64,000 nt of DNA from an uncultured Gemmatimonadales bacterium (lineage in GTDB: Bacteria > Gemmatimonadota > Gemmatimonadetes > Gemmatimonadales > GWC2-71-9): the NCBI GenBank assembly GCA_963844035.1, contig CAWJMT010000004.1, forward strand, positions 320,001 through 384,000, in the 5' to 3' direction. Made by a program: the position numbers and the translations under genes. This document shows positions 30,408-41,947 of this stretch, piece after piece; positions within the stretch are counted from its first letter, which is position 1; each line of letters begins with the position of its first letter. The notes below the pieces were generated by a model, which saw nothing but the letters and a program-made list of their open reading frames with translations, ran no database searches and had not been told where the DNA came from.

Positions 30408-31379
30408 TTAGGGAGACAGATCGATCATGCCGAGACGCTGAGTCCCGCTCAGCGCCAGCCAGACTCGCGCCCGAGTCGAGTCCACAGACATGTTGCGCAC
30501 GACCGCGCCGCGGGTGGGGATCGCCACGGTCGCTGAACGCGCGGTGGACGGGTCAAAGGTCACAACCTGGTTCGTCTGCGCCTCGCCGTACCAGATCCGG
30601 CCGTCGGGAGCGATGGCGATGCCGTAAGGGCCGCAGTCAGCGCCGCCGGGGCTCGGGAAATCGCGCACCTGGCCTGTGGCGGGATCGAGCCGGCCGAGCT
30701 GGCCGCGTGCGTAGTCCGTGTACCAAACGATGCCCTGCGCGTCCACCACGAGACGGCGTGGCCGCGCCGCGGGCGCGGGGAGCGTGAACAAGCGCAGCGC
30801 CCCGTCGGCAGGATCGATGCGACCGATCGCAGCAGTCCCGAACAGCGCCATCCAGAGCTTGCCATCGGGACCGACGACCAGCCCGTACGGCCTGGCGGCG
30901 GATGTGGGTACGGGGAAGATCCGCGTTTCCCTGGTCGCAGGGTCGAGCGAGCCGTACAGATTCGCCCGTTGGACCGTAAACCAGACTTTCCCCGCGTGGT
31001 ACAGAAGCGTGTGGGGGTCCTGCGCCTTGGCGGGCAACACGTACTCCGTGATCGCCCCCGTCGCGGGGTCGAGGCGGCCGATCCGGTTCGCGGCGTTCGC
31101 CGTGTACCACACCGCGCCATCCGGCGCCACGATGATTCCGTGGGGCCCCGACGCAGGGGTGGGCGTGGCAAAGTCCGTGACCGCACCGGTGGCGGGGTCG
31201 AGCCGGCCGATGTAGCTGTTCGACTGGTCGGTATACCACACGATGCCGTCGCGGCCGACCGCGGGGTCATGGGGAAACGCGCCAGGGCGTGGGAGTGGAT
31301 ACTCGACGACGTGAGGGAGGGACGCGGTAACGAGACAGAGTGCGAGCGTCGCGCCCATCGGAGCAGCTCTAAGGATCAT
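30408..31379 (-). CDS. Vgb (virginiamycin B lyase)-like beta-propeller
   Basis: Repeated PHGI..APDG.VWYT / IGRLDPATG units. Confidence 0.85.
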   Translation of the reverse strand: MILRAAPMGATLALCLVTASLPHVVEYPLPRPGAFPHDPAVGRDGIVWYTDQSNSYIGRLDPATGAVTDFATPTPASGPHGIIVAPDGAVWYTANAANRIGRLDPATGAITEYVLPAKAQDPHTLLYHAGKVWFTVQRANLYGSLDPATRETRIFPVPTSAARPYGLVVGPDGKLWMALFGTAAIGRIDPADGALRLFTLPAPAARPRRLVVDAQGIVWYTDYARGQLGRLDPATGQVRDFPSPGGADCGPYGIAIAPDGRIWYGEAQTNQVVTFDPSTARSATVAIPTRGAVVRNMSVDSTRARVWLALSGTQRLGMIDLSP

Positions 31380-31414
31380 GGGTTGCCTCCTCGGAACGAA
31401 AGTATCGTTTTGTC

Positions 31415-32089
31415 CTACCCCCCGGGCGTCGACATGGAAAAATCGAACGGCAGGTTGACGAGCACCCGCACCGCTCGTCCTTGCAGCCGCGCCGGCCGGA
31501 ACCGGGCGTCGAGCGCCCACCGTCTGGTCGGCAGGTCGAAGCCGGGGCTCGAGCTCTTGAGAATCTTGACGGAGTTGGGCTCGAGGCGCCCGCTGGTGTC
31601 CACGATCGCCTGGAGCAGGACGCGGCCTTCGATGCCCGCACGGCGCAGCATCTCGGGGTAGGCCGGCGGGGGCGACAGCAGTGCGGGCGTTTCTTCCACG
31701 CTCGCCGACGCGTAGACGCGATTGTCGGTGGGTGCCACGCCGCCCGCCACTCCGCCCTCCAAGCCTCTCCCCGAGTAGTCCCGGGGGTCGAAGTGCTGTT
31801 GTAGATCCACCGGGGGAATGCTCGTCGGAATTTCTGGAAGGACGGTGAGAGTCTGGAAGCCGTTCAGGGGCACATCCACTGGCAGGGGAAGCTCTTGGGG
31901 GGCAACCCGCGGCGACTCGAGGAACACCACCGTCGTGTCCGCCACGACGGACGTGGCGCTATGAGCGGTATTCCTGACCACGTACACGGACCCCAGGATG
32001 AGCGCACCGTGCACCCCCAGCGACACGATACCCATGCCGAAGACCGTGCGATCTGCCTTGCGCGCGGAGTCTCTCAACCTCAGAAACAC
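31415..32089 (-). CDS. TonB-family energy transducer
   Basis: N-terminal TM SLGVHG; C-terminal YPEMLRRAGIEGRV...FRPARLQGRAVRV. Confidence 0.85.
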   Translation of the reverse strand: MFLRLRDSARKADRTVFGMGIVSLGVHGALILGSVYVVRNTAHSATSVVADTTVVFLESPRVAPQELPLPVDVPLNGFQTLTVLPEIPTSIPPVDLQQHFDPRDYSGRGLEGGVAGGVAPTDNRVYASASVEETPALLSPPPAYPEMLRRAGIEGRVLLQAIVDTSGRLEPNSVKILKSSSPGFDLPTRRWALDARFRPARLQGRAVRVLVNLPFDFSMSTPGG

Positions 32090-32340
32090 GACACCCTCGT
32101 GGCCACAGGTGGCAGACAGGACGGATCGAAGGGGTAAAAGGTTACAGTGTCGCTCGTAGCGCCGGCCCGTCCCTCCGGGGTATGTTCTGATGGGGACCAG
32201 GGTGACTCCAGCCTCCTACCCAGGAGCCACCTTGGTGATGTCTCACTTCGAGGGGCCTGGGCTCTCAGTCCAGCCTTCACCTGCCCGCACCACATGCGCC
32301 GGCTTCAGACACCGACCCGCCGGAAAGTCGTGCAGGTCTT

Positions 32341-32883
32341 ATGGCCGTCAACATCACGAAGGCGCTGGTTCACGCCCTGGAACAGGTGCGAGAACTGGGT
32401 ACAAAGAAGCAGATCGTCCTGAAGATCGACTGCCCGGCGGTCCTCCCCCCGGCGAAGGGCAATACCCAGCAGCTCGAACGTCTGTTGCGCACCCTCCTCC
32501 TGCACGCCATTCAAGTCAGCTCGCGGGGTGGCATCGTGGAAGTGTTCGCGGTGACTACCCTGCACGGTGTGCGGGGGAAGAGCGACTCAGTCGCGGTCGT
32601 GGTGGCGGACAACGGCACCGGTCTGCAACGCAAGGGATTCGACCGTCTCTTCGGCCCTTTCCGGCCATCGGGGGTGCTCGAGATGCACGGCGTACGGCGG
32701 GGCGCGCAGATGCTGTCGCTCACCTGCCGGCTGGGTCAGCTCACGGGTGGTCGGGTGTGGATAAAGAGCAAAGCCGGCCGGGGAAGCATCCTCGCGGCGG
32801 TGCTCCCGGTCTCCCGCGCGCGGCGTACGGCGGCCATCGCGGCTCCCATGGCTGGGAACCGTCCGGACGAGGTGGCGCCTTAA
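32341..32883 (+). CDS. Stand-alone degenerate HATPase_c domain protein
   Basis: LERLLRTLLLHAIQ (N box), VADNGTGL (G1), LFGPF (F box), GGRVWIKSKAGRGS. Confidence 0.7.
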   Translation: MAVNITKALVHALEQVRELGTKKQIVLKIDCPAVLPPAKGNTQQLERLLRTLLLHAIQVSSRGGIVEVFAVTTLHGVRGKSDSVAVVVADNGTGLQRKGFDRLFGPFRPSGVLEMHGVRRGAQMLSLTCRLGQLTGGRVWIKSKAGRGSILAAVLPVSRARRTAAIAAPMAGNRPDEVAP

Positions 32884-32930
32884 GAAATCGTACGCCGTAG
32901 CGGTTTCTACTTTTTCGGAGGTGGGCCTCA

Positions 32931-33326
32931 ATGCGATACGTGACCCCGATCGGGCGGGTTGCCTTCTCCCTCATTTTCCTCTTGGCACCGGTTTCGCACT
33001 TCACGGCTGGGGCCGTGGCTTACGCGACCCAGGCCGGGGTGCCGATGGCGGGCCTGCTCGTCCCGTTCAGCGGGCTGCTCGCGTTGGTCGGGGGATTGAG
33101 TGTCGCGCTTGGCTACCAGGCACGGATCGGCGCGTGGTTGTTGGTCCTGTTTCTCGTCCCCGTGACGTTCATGATGCACGCCTTCTGGACCGTGTCCGAT
33201 CCAATGATGAAACAGTTCCAGATGGCCATGTTCATGAAGAACATCGGGCTGCTCGGCGGGGCACTGCTGATCACCCAGTTCGGAGCCGGCGCGATGAGCC
33301 TGGACGCCAGGCGCAGCGCGCTCTAG
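32931..33326 (+). CDS. DoxX family membrane protein
   Basis: GRVAFSLIF, MHAFW, FMKNIGLLGG, GAGAMSLD. Confidence 0.9.
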   Translation: MRYVTPIGRVAFSLIFLLAPVSHFTAGAVAYATQAGVPMAGLLVPFSGLLALVGGLSVALGYQARIGAWLLVLFLVPVTFMMHAFWTVSDPMMKQFQMAMFMKNIGLLGGALLITQFGAGAMSLDARRSAL

Positions 33327-33832
33327 ACGGAGCGGAATACCGCGAACGCGGCGACTACAGCGATCACGACGCCCAGGGCGATCTTGGTCGCAGCGGCGGC
33401 GGCGCGTCCCAGCACCGCGCCCCACCCCGCACGAACCGCCGTGTCCGGGGCTCGTGAGAACGAGTACTCGAACACGGCGGCGCCGGCAAATGACCCGGCG
33501 AACGCACCGATCACGCTGCCGATGATCGGCACCGGAACACCTACGACGGCGCCGACGAGCCCCCCGATCAACGCGCCCCAGCCTGCGCGAGACGATCCGC
33601 CGTAGCGCCGCGCGACCCCGAAACCCAGCCACGCCTCGAGGACCTCGCCCAGGAGAGCGAGCGACACCACGATCGCGATGGACGCGACGCCGACGGTGTG
33701 AAAGCTCGTGAGCCACCCGTAGCCGATCACCCCCAACACCATCACCCAAAGGCCGGGCAGGCCGAGCGGGACCAGCACCAGCCCACCCACACAGCACAGC
33801 GCGAGCAGTACGCCCTCGAGCGCGTGACTCAC
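33323..33832 (-). CDS. DUF456 family membrane protein
   Basis: LGLPG, ARRYGGSSRAGWGALIGG. Confidence 0.85.
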   Translation of the reverse strand: MSHALEGVLLALCCVGGLVLVPLGLPGLWVMVLGVIGYGWLTSFHTVGVASIAIVVSLALLGEVLEAWLGFGVARRYGGSSRAGWGALIGGLVGAVVGVPVPIIGSVIGAFAGSFAGAAVFEYSFSRAPDTAVRAGWGAVLGRAAAAATKIALGVVIAVVAAFAVFRSV

Positions 33833-33838
33833 GCCGGT

Positions 33839-34348
33839 TCAGCTCTTGCGCGTGAAATCGAACACCTGGCTGTGGTCATTGCCGTTCTCCCGCCAGGTCC
33901 ACGTCTCACTCATGTGATCACGGTCCTTCAGGGCCACGCTGAGGTGGTCCATGTGGCCGGCTGTCGGACTCGCGAGGTTGGTGGCGCGGACGAATGAGAA
34001 CGAAAACACCGTCATGGGCCCGGTGACCGGCTCAGTGCTCATCTGGGGCTGGTTGCCCGAGCTGCAGTAGTGGGTGACGGCCAGCCGATCGCCGTCCGGC
34101 GTGTAGAGGGTGATCATTTCCGCCTCCCCCGCCATCGAGAGCCGTTCGAGCAGCGCCGTTCCATTCGAGACGAGCTGGTAGGATGCCTGCACCGGCTTGC
34201 CGTGCGCCTGCCCGGTCCATTCGCCGACGAGCGCTTTGAGCTGCTCGAACCCTTGAGATGACTTCATGGTGTGTTGCTGGGCGGCGACCGGCGTCGCGAG
34301 CCACGCTGTGGCGAGCGTGAGTGTAACAGCCGTGAGTGACGTCTTCAT
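33839..34348 (-). CDS. Secreted hypothetical beta-barrel-like protein
   Basis: Signal peptide; FEQLKALVGEW, THYCSSGNQP motifs. Confidence 0.75.
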   Translation of the reverse strand: MKTSLTAVTLTLATAWLATPVAAQQHTMKSSQGFEQLKALVGEWTGQAHGKPVQASYQLVSNGTALLERLSMAGEAEMITLYTPDGDRLAVTHYCSSGNQPQMSTEPVTGPMTVFSFSFVRATNLASPTAGHMDHLSVALKDRDHMSETWTWRENGNDHSQVFDFTRKS

Positions 34349-34450
34349 GGTTGGATCCCCCAGGTGGAGTGTTGCGGGTCGACTAGTCTGAATACCGTAC
34401 GAAGACGAGCGTGTCCAGTGTCGCGAACTGGAGCCGGACGCCGCACGCAG

Positions 34451-34502
34451 CGTGACGCCGGTCACGTATTTGTTTGACTTCGCCTGACCCGATCATTACC
34501 CT
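34451..34502 (+). promoter_or_regulatory. Desaturase promoter with upstream CRP-family-like box
   Basis: CGTGA-N6-TCACG at 34451-34466; TTGACT-17-TACCCT at 34474-34502. Confidence 0.45.
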
Positions 34503-34595
34503 TGGCAGGTAGGCTGCGTCGGGGCGGGATTTGGCAGTGCGCCGGTCCCGCCTTCGTGCGCCAGGGGCTCATTTCCTCATAGGCAGGTGCGGACG

Positions 34596-35591
34596 ATGGA
34601 GACAGAAGCACTGTGGGCTACGCGCTTGGCAGCGTACAGAGGGCCCAAACTGTGGCACAGCGTCTGGCAGCTCTCGACGGCGGCTGCGTTGTTTGCCGGA
34701 ACGTGGGCACTGATGTACGCGACCCTCGGCGTCGGGTACTGGCTCACCCTGCTCCTCGCGGTGCCGGCCGCGTTCTTCATGATCCGGCTATTCATCATTC
34801 AGCACGACTGCGGGCACGCGGCCTTCTTCAAGTCCACCCGCGTGGCGGACTTCGTCGGCTCGATTATCGGCGTGCTTACCCTGACGCCCTATCACTACTG
34901 GAAAAAGACGCACGCGATGCACCACGCCACCTCGGGCAATCTCGAGCACCGTGGGTTCGGCGACATCGACACGCTGACCGTGGGTGAGTATCTCGGGCGC
35001 TCGCGCTGGCAGCGGTTCGTCTACCGGCTGTATCGCCATCCGGCGATCCTGTTCGGGGCGGGTGCGGTAGCCCATTTCTTCATCCGCCATCGCCTGCCGA
35101 CCATCGTGCCGCGGGAGTGGACGCGGGAGCGGCGCAGCATCCTGTGGACCGACTTCTGGCTGGTCGCCGCCATCGTGGCGATGGGGATGATGTTCGGGTT
35201 CCGCGAATTCCTGCTGGTGCAGCTGCCCGTGACGCTGCTATCGACCGTGATGGGGGTGTGGCTGTTCTACGTGCAGCACCAGTTCGAGCCGACCTACTGG
35301 GAGCACGACGACCGCTGGGCGTACAACGAGGCGGCACTGCAGGGGAGCTCGTACTATCGCCTGCCGCGGCTGTTACAGTGGGCAACCGGTAATATCGGGC
35401 TGCACCACGTCCACCACCTCCATCCCCGTATCCCCAACTACCGGCTACAGCAGGCGCTGGACGATCATCCCGAGCTGCGCGACGTACCGACGCTCACGCT
35501 GTGGGAGAGTTTTCGTTGCGTACGGCTGACGTTGTGGGATGAGCAGCAAAGGAAGCTGGTGCCGTTCGCGGCAGTGCGGCACCTGGCGTAG
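34596..35591 (+). CDS. Membrane fatty acid desaturase
   Basis: His boxes HDCGH, HAMHH, HHVHH; IPNY. Confidence 0.93.
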   Translation: METEALWATRLAAYRGPKLWHSVWQLSTAAALFAGTWALMYATLGVGYWLTLLLAVPAAFFMIRLFIIQHDCGHAAFFKSTRVADFVGSIIGVLTLTPYHYWKKTHAMHHATSGNLEHRGFGDIDTLTVGEYLGRSRWQRFVYRLYRHPAILFGAGAVAHFFIRHRLPTIVPREWTRERRSILWTDFWLVAAIVAMGMMFGFREFLLVQLPVTLLSTVMGVWLFYVQHQFEPTYWEHDDRWAYNEAALQGSSYYRLPRLLQWATGNIGLHHVHHLHPRIPNYRLQQALDDHPELRDVPTLTLWESFRCVRLTLWDEQQRKLVPFAAVRHLA

Positions 35592-35616
35592 CAGCAGGTC
35601 TTCTATCCGTTGTCGT

Positions 35617-35998
35617 TCACCCCGTTTCCCACCACGCCACGGCCTCTTCGTACCCGCATTTCCGGCACCGGACGGTGACGGGAGGGACGGGCGGGAGCTT
35701 GATACGCGAGGCGCAGTGCGGGCACACCGCGTAGATGCGACCCACGTCGTCCTTGGTGCCCTCGGCAGGGTTGTAGTTCGAACTGCGCGCGGTACACGGC
35801 GGTGAAGTGGCGGGGGCGGTTGGGGCGGGTTTCGACGGCGTCCTTCGGCAGGGCCACGGCTCCCCCCGGTACATCGAGCACTACCCGGGTCGCGCCGCCC
35901 CGCAGGACGGGGTACCAGGCACCTTGGCGCACCGTGCCCCACTCCGGGTCGCGCTTTGCAGCGACCCAGATCCGTGCCCATCCGTTCGACTGCTCCAT
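35617..35998 (-). CDS. Hypothetical protein with C-terminal zinc ribbon, frameshift near 35785
   Basis: MEQSNGWARI...RQGAWYPV joined to YAVCPHC...CRKCG. Confidence 0.65.
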
Positions 35999-36140
35999 GG
36001 TTAGACATTGGGGCCGACCGGCGTGCTCGCGCCGTGATCCAGGTGACATTTCGTCCGGCCTCATGTCCCTGGAACACCCGGCGAACCACCTATCCCGCCG
36101 TCGCTCCCGGTGCAAGATTGAGCCACCGGGAGGTAACCCT

Positions 36141-37296
36141 TTGACGCAGGATCGCAGCCCCACGCGGGGCAGGCTGCGGCACGACAGCGTGCCCATGCAG
36201 CTCTATCACGCGGCCAAGCAGCAGAGCGCCTGGGACCCGCGCCTGCTGGACGTCAGCCAGGACGTGAAGGATTTCGCCGGCCTCACCGTGGTCGAGAAGG
36301 ACACGGTGGTGCGCCTCTGCGCCATGTACCTGGCCGCGGAAGAAGGAATGACCCGGGACCTGCTGCCCCTCCTCACCACCGCTGGTACGCGAGGGCCGGC
36401 TCGAGGAGGAGCTGTTCCTCACCACCTTCCTCGCCGACGAGGCGAAGCACATCGAGTTCTTCCGGCGGGTGCTGGAGGATGTCTGCGGACAATCGGGCGA
36501 CCTGCTCCGCTACCAAACCCCGACGTTCCAAAGGTTGTTTTCGGAGAAGTTGCCCGCCGCCATGCAGCTATTGCTGACCGACTCGTCCCCCGCGGCCCAG
36601 GCGACGGCGATGGTCCATTACACGCTGGTGGGGGAGGGGGTACTGGGCGAAGCGGGGTACCACGTGTTCCGCACGACCCTCGACGGACGCGGCCTGATGC
36701 CCGGGGTCCGGGAAGGATTGCGCTGCGCCCAGGCGGACGAGGACCGCCACATGGCGTACGGCATCTTCATGCTGTCGCGCCTGATGGGCGAGGACCCCGA
36801 GGTGTGGAACGTGATTCGCCAGACCATGGACGACCTGATCCCGGACACACTCGGGATCGTGACCGAGTTCTACGATTCCTACGACCCGATCCCGTTCGGT
36901 CTGTCGCTCAAGGACACAGTCGAATACGCCATGGAGAAGTTCGCCGTCCGGTGGGAGTCGCTCGAAGAAGGGCGGGAGCGCGCCAAGGAAGCCGCCGCCC
37001 TCTCACCCGAAGACGACGCGGTGCGGCAGGTGCTCGCGTGGGTGCGCGAGCGCGCGCACCCCACTCCCGTCGAGGTGCAGCGGGACGACGTCGCGTCGAT
37101 CTACGCGTTCCGGGTCGGGGCGGCCGGCGGCTCGACGCTGCTGATCTCGCAGGAAGTGCTGGCCCATCACCCCTCGCTCGAAATCATCGCGGTGCTGGGC
37201 GAGCATCAAGTCCCCGATCGCTGGCGCGAGCGGACCGGGCGGCTGATGTGTCTGCGGGCGCGCGGCAAGATCGTCGTGCAAGCGCCCGCGATCTGA
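36141..37296 (+). CDS. R2-like ligand-binding oxidase (R2lox) with C-terminal extension, frameshift near 36385
   Basis: RBS GGAGG + TTG; WDP, AEEGMTRDLLP, DEAKHIEFF, YTLVGEGVLGEAGY, DEDRHMAYG dimetal ligands. Confidence 0.87.
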
Positions 37297-37312
37297 CGGG
37301 AGCGGCGCGCTC

Positions 37313-38816
37313 CTAGTGCTTCCCGGCCGGAGCCCCGGCCCCGGTCCAACTCCCACCCAACGCCTTGTAGAGCTGCACCGACGCCGTGAGCTGCAGCAGC
37401 TCGGCCTGACTCAACGCTAACTCGGCATCGAACAGGCTGCGCTGCGCATCGAGCACCTCGAGATAGCTCGCCACCCCGGTCGCGTAGCGCGAGTCGGCAA
37501 GCTTGAGGGCGCGCCGCAGCGCGCGCGCCTGCGTCGCCTGCGCGGCCACCTGGTCGCGCGCCGAGCGCGCGCCCGCCAGCGCATCTCCCGCCTCGCGCAG
37601 CGCGATGAGGGCCGTCTGCTCGTAGTGCGCGCGCGCCTCTTCCGCGCGCGCCCGCGCCACGCGGGTCTGGTTGACCAGCCGCCCCCCGGTGAACAGGGGA
37701 ATCGAGATCCCCGCCTGCAGCTGGTAGATGTTGGCCTGGGGCTCGCCCAACTGGCTGAAGTTCGCCGCCACCGAACCCACGTTGCCGGTGATCATGAACG
37801 TCGGCAGCCGCGCGGCGACCGCCACGCCGATCCGGGCCGTCGCGGCGGCGTAGGCGCGCTCGGCCTCCAGCACGTCGGGCCGGCGCTCGAGCAGCGTCGC
37901 GGGCAGCGAGTCGGGAACGATGACGGCGCGCGCCGCCTCGGTGAGCGAGCCGCCCCGCGGAATGGTCGTCGGCGCCTGCCCGAGCAGCACGCTGAGCGCG
38001 TGCTCCTGATTCGCTCGCAGCCGCTCTACCTGGGCGAGTCGCACGGCGGGTACCGCGACCTGCGCCTCGAACTGCCGCACGTCGAGCTCGGAGATGAGGC
38101 CCGAGGCGTAGCGGCGCTGCACCAGGTCGAGCGTCGACCCGGCGGGACGCCAGCGTCTGCTCGGCAGTGGCCCACTCCTGGTCGAGCTCGAGCAGCTCGA
38201 GGTACCCGGACGCCACGTCGCTCACGAGCGACAACACGGCGGCCTGTGCGGCTGCCTCCTGGGCGCTCAGGTCGGCGCCGGCGGCCTGCATGCCCCGGCG
38301 GGTCCGGCCCCAGAAGTCGAGCTCCCAGGCGACGTCCGCCGTGACGCGCCACGCCTTGTATTCGATGGGCGGGATCGCGCCGAAGGCGATCTTGTTCGTG
38401 CTCCAGCTGCCGTTGGCCGTGAGACTCGGGAAACAGCGGGCCGCGGGCCACGCCCGCCGCCGCGCGGTACTCGCGGATCCTGGCCTGAGCCAGGGCCAGG
38501 TCGCGGTTGTACTGCACGGCCGTCGTCGACGAGGCGCACCAGCACCGTGTCGGCCAGCAGGTCGAGCCAGGCGAGGTCGGCGATCGAGTCCGCCGCAAGT
38601 GAGCGCGGCGGCGGCGCCGGATCGCGCGGCCGGAGAGTGTCGGCGGCGCGGGCCGCCGCGCAGAGAATCGAAGAAGCTGCGCGCCGAGTCGGTCCGGCTG
38701 CGCACGCCGACCCGTGTGCCCGCCGGGACGACGGGCTCCGGGTGATAGCCCGGACCTACCGCGCAGCCGGCGAGCGACGGCGCCGAGCGCGACGGCGATA
38801 GCTTCGCGAAGCTCAT
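37313..38816 (-). CDS. RND outer-membrane factor lipoprotein (NodT/OprM family), several frameshifts
   Basis: LAGC lipobox, WELDFWG, LLERRPDV, LYKALGGSW. Confidence 0.88.
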
Positions 38817-41800
38817 GCCGCCTCCTTGCCGCGCTCCGCCAGGCCGCGGATCACGCGGAAGAACAGCGGGATGAAGAAGATGCCGATGGTGGTGGCGACG
38901 AGCATCCCGGAGAACACGGTCGTGCCGATGGAGTGACGGCTCGCCGCGCCGGCGCCGCCCGCCACCACCAGCGGCGCGACGCCGAGGATGAACGCGAACG
39001 AGGTCATGAGGATCGGACGGAACCGCTGGCGCGCCGCCTGGACCGCCGCCTGACGGATCGGCAGCCCCTGGTTGCGGAGCTCGTTCGCGAACTCGACGAT
39101 CAGGATCGCGTTCTTCGCCGCGAGCCCCACGACCGTGATCAGGCCGACCTGAAAGTAGATGTCGCTCGGCAGCCCCCGCGACCAGACGCCGAAGTAGGCG
39201 CCCAGCACGCCGAACGGCACGCCGAACAGCACCGCGAACGGCAGCGACCAGCTCTCGTACTGCGCGGCGAGCACGAGGAAGACGAGCACCAGGCCGAGCG
39301 CGAACACGAGCGCCGCCGCGCCGCTCGATGCCCGCTCCTGGTAGGACTGGCCCGAGTACGCGAGGCCGACGCCTTCCGACGCGAACCGGGTGCGGACCAG
39401 GTCGTCCAGCCCGTTCATCATCTCTCCCGAGCTGTGTCCCGGCCCGCGGCACGCCGGTGACGAACGCCGACGTGAAGCCGTTGAACCGGGTGAGCAGCGT
39501 GGGCCCGCTCCTGAACTCCGTCCGGGTGAGCGCCGAGATCGGGATCATCGCGTCGTTCGTGCCGCGCACGTAGAGCGCGCCGATGTCCGCCGGCGTTTCG
39601 CGGAACGGCGCCTGCGCCTCGATCTGCACGCGATAGGTCCGCCCGTAGAGGTTGAAGTCGTTGATGTACAGGGTGGACAGGAGCGCCTGCAGCGTGCCGA
39701 ACAGGTCGGTGAGCTTCACGCCGCGCGCCTTGGCCGCGGTGCGATCCACGTCCACGAACAGCTGCGGCACGTTGACCCGGAAGTTGGCCTGCACCCCCTG
39801 CACCGCGGGCAGCTGGTTGGCCGCCTGCGAGAAATCCCTGCACCGCGCCGGCGAAGTCCTGGACGCTCTGGCCGGAGCGGTTCTGCAGGTTTGCTTCCAC
39901 GCCGGCCGTCGCGCCCAGGCCGATGATCTCGGGCAGATTGAAGGCGAAGCCGACCGCGTCTTTCATGCCGAACAGCCGGCCGTTCACCCGGCCCGTGATG
40001 GCGTCGATCGACGAGGTCTTGTCGCGCTCGTCCCACGGCTTCACGTTCACGAAGATGGTGGCGCTGTTGGGCTGGCTCGCGCGGGTGAGAATGTCGAAGC
40101 CCGGCGAGCGCGACGATGTTGCGCACCGCCGGCTCCTGGCGCAGGAACCCCTCCACGCGCTCGACCACCGCCGTGGTGCGCTGCAGCGACGCGCCGTCGG
40201 GAAGCTGCACCGCGATGGCGAAGTAGCCCTTGTCTTCGGTCGGGATGAAGGCCCGCGGCACGTGCCGCCACAGCACACCCGCCAGCACGACCACCACCGC
40301 GAAGGCCGCGAGCCACGCGCGCGGCCGCCCCAGCACGCGGTCGACCGCGCCGGCGTAGCGTCCGCTCACGCGCGCGAACCAGCGGTTGAACGACCCGAAG
40401 AAACCGGTCGTGTGCGCTTCGGCCGCTTCCTTCAGCAGCATGGCGCACAGCGCCGGCGTCAGCGTCAGCGCCACGATTCCCGACAGCACGACCGCGATGA
40501 CGATGGTGATCGCGAACTGCTTGAACATCCCGCCCGTCACGCCGCCCGTGAACGCCACGGGAACGAACACGGCGACGAGCGACAGCACGATCGCCACCAG
40601 CGCCCCCGCCACCTGCCGGATGGCGCGGTCCGCCGCGACCCGCGCCGGCACGTTCTCGGTCGCCATGATGCGCTCGACGTTTTCGATCACCACGATGGCG
40701 TCGTCCACCACGATGCCGATCGCGAGCACCAGGGCGAACAGCGTGAGCACGTTGATCGAGAAGCCGAGGATCCAGAGGCCGAGAAACGTGCCGATCACGC
40801 TCACCGGAACCGCGAGCATCGGGATCAGCGTCGCGCGCCAGCTCTGGAGGAACACGAACACCACGCAGCGCGACCAGCAGCATCGCCTCGAGCAGCGTGA
40901 TCACGACCTCCTTGATCGACGCCGTGACGAACGGCGTGGTGTCGAACGGGATCTGGTAGCGGATCCCGCGCGGGAACGCCGGTGGACAGCTCGTCGAGCC
41001 GATGCTCGACGCGCCTGGCGTACGCCCAGGGCGTTGGCGCCGGGCCGCAGGAACAGCAGCATGAACGCGGTGGGACCGCCGTTCAGGCGGCTGGCGAAGT
41101 CGTAGCTCTGCGAGCCGAGCACGGCGCGCCCGATGTCGCGGATCCGCACCAGCGATCCGTTGGGCTCGGCGCGGATGACGATGTCGTTGAACTGCTCCGG
41201 CGTCTGCGAGCCGGCCCGAGGCGTGGTGACGGGAATCGTGAGCTGCGTGCCCGCGGGCGCCGGCTCGCGGCCGATGCGCCCGGCCGGGTTGGTGGCGTTC
41301 TGCTCGCGCACGGCGGCCGCCACGTCGCCCACCGTGATCCCGAGCTGGGCCATCTTGTCGGGATCGAGCTGGAGCAGCATCGAGAACTGCAGCCCGCCGA
41401 ACGTCTGCGCGTTGCCCACGCCGGGGACGCGCTTCAGCTCGTCCTCGACGAACAGCTTCATGTAGTTGGTGAGGTACGCAGCGTCGTAGCGTCGGGTCGC
41501 TGGACGTCAGCGCCACCACCGCCAGGATGTCGGAGTTCGCCTTGAGGATCGTGATGCCGTTCTGCCGCACGGCGTCCGGCAGCTGCGGCTGCGCGAGCTG
41601 CACGGCGTTCTGCACGTCGACCGCCGCGAGGTCCTGGGAGCGGGTGACGTCGAAGTAGATCTGCAGGAACATCGTCCCGTCGCTCGCGTTGGCCGACGTG
41701 TAGTACAGCAGCCCCTGGAGTCCCGAGAGCTGCGCCTCGATCGGCGCCGCGACCGCGTCCGCGACGTCCTGCGCGGTGGCGCCCGGGTACACGGCCGACA

Positions 41801-41947
41801 CCTGCGACGGCGGGGGGAGTGATCTGCGGATAGCGCGACAGCGGCAGCAGCCGGATCGCGAACACGCCGAGCAGCGTGACCACGATCGAGATCACGCCGG
41901 CCAGTACCGGCCGGCGGATGAAGAAGTATTTGATTTCGTCGCGTCAT
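38813..41947 (-). CDS. RND multidrug efflux permease (AcrB/HAE1 family), several frameshifts
   Basis: FFIRRPVLA, YPGA, AIGIVVDDAIVVIENV, AKNAILIVEFA, RFRPILMTSFAF. Confidence 0.92.

Noticed and set aside
32186..32250. Fluoride riboswitch-like GATGGGG...TGATG motif
   Set aside because: It lacks the proper P1 and 3' CUAC consensus, no fluoride-related gene follows, and it folds better as a single hairpin.
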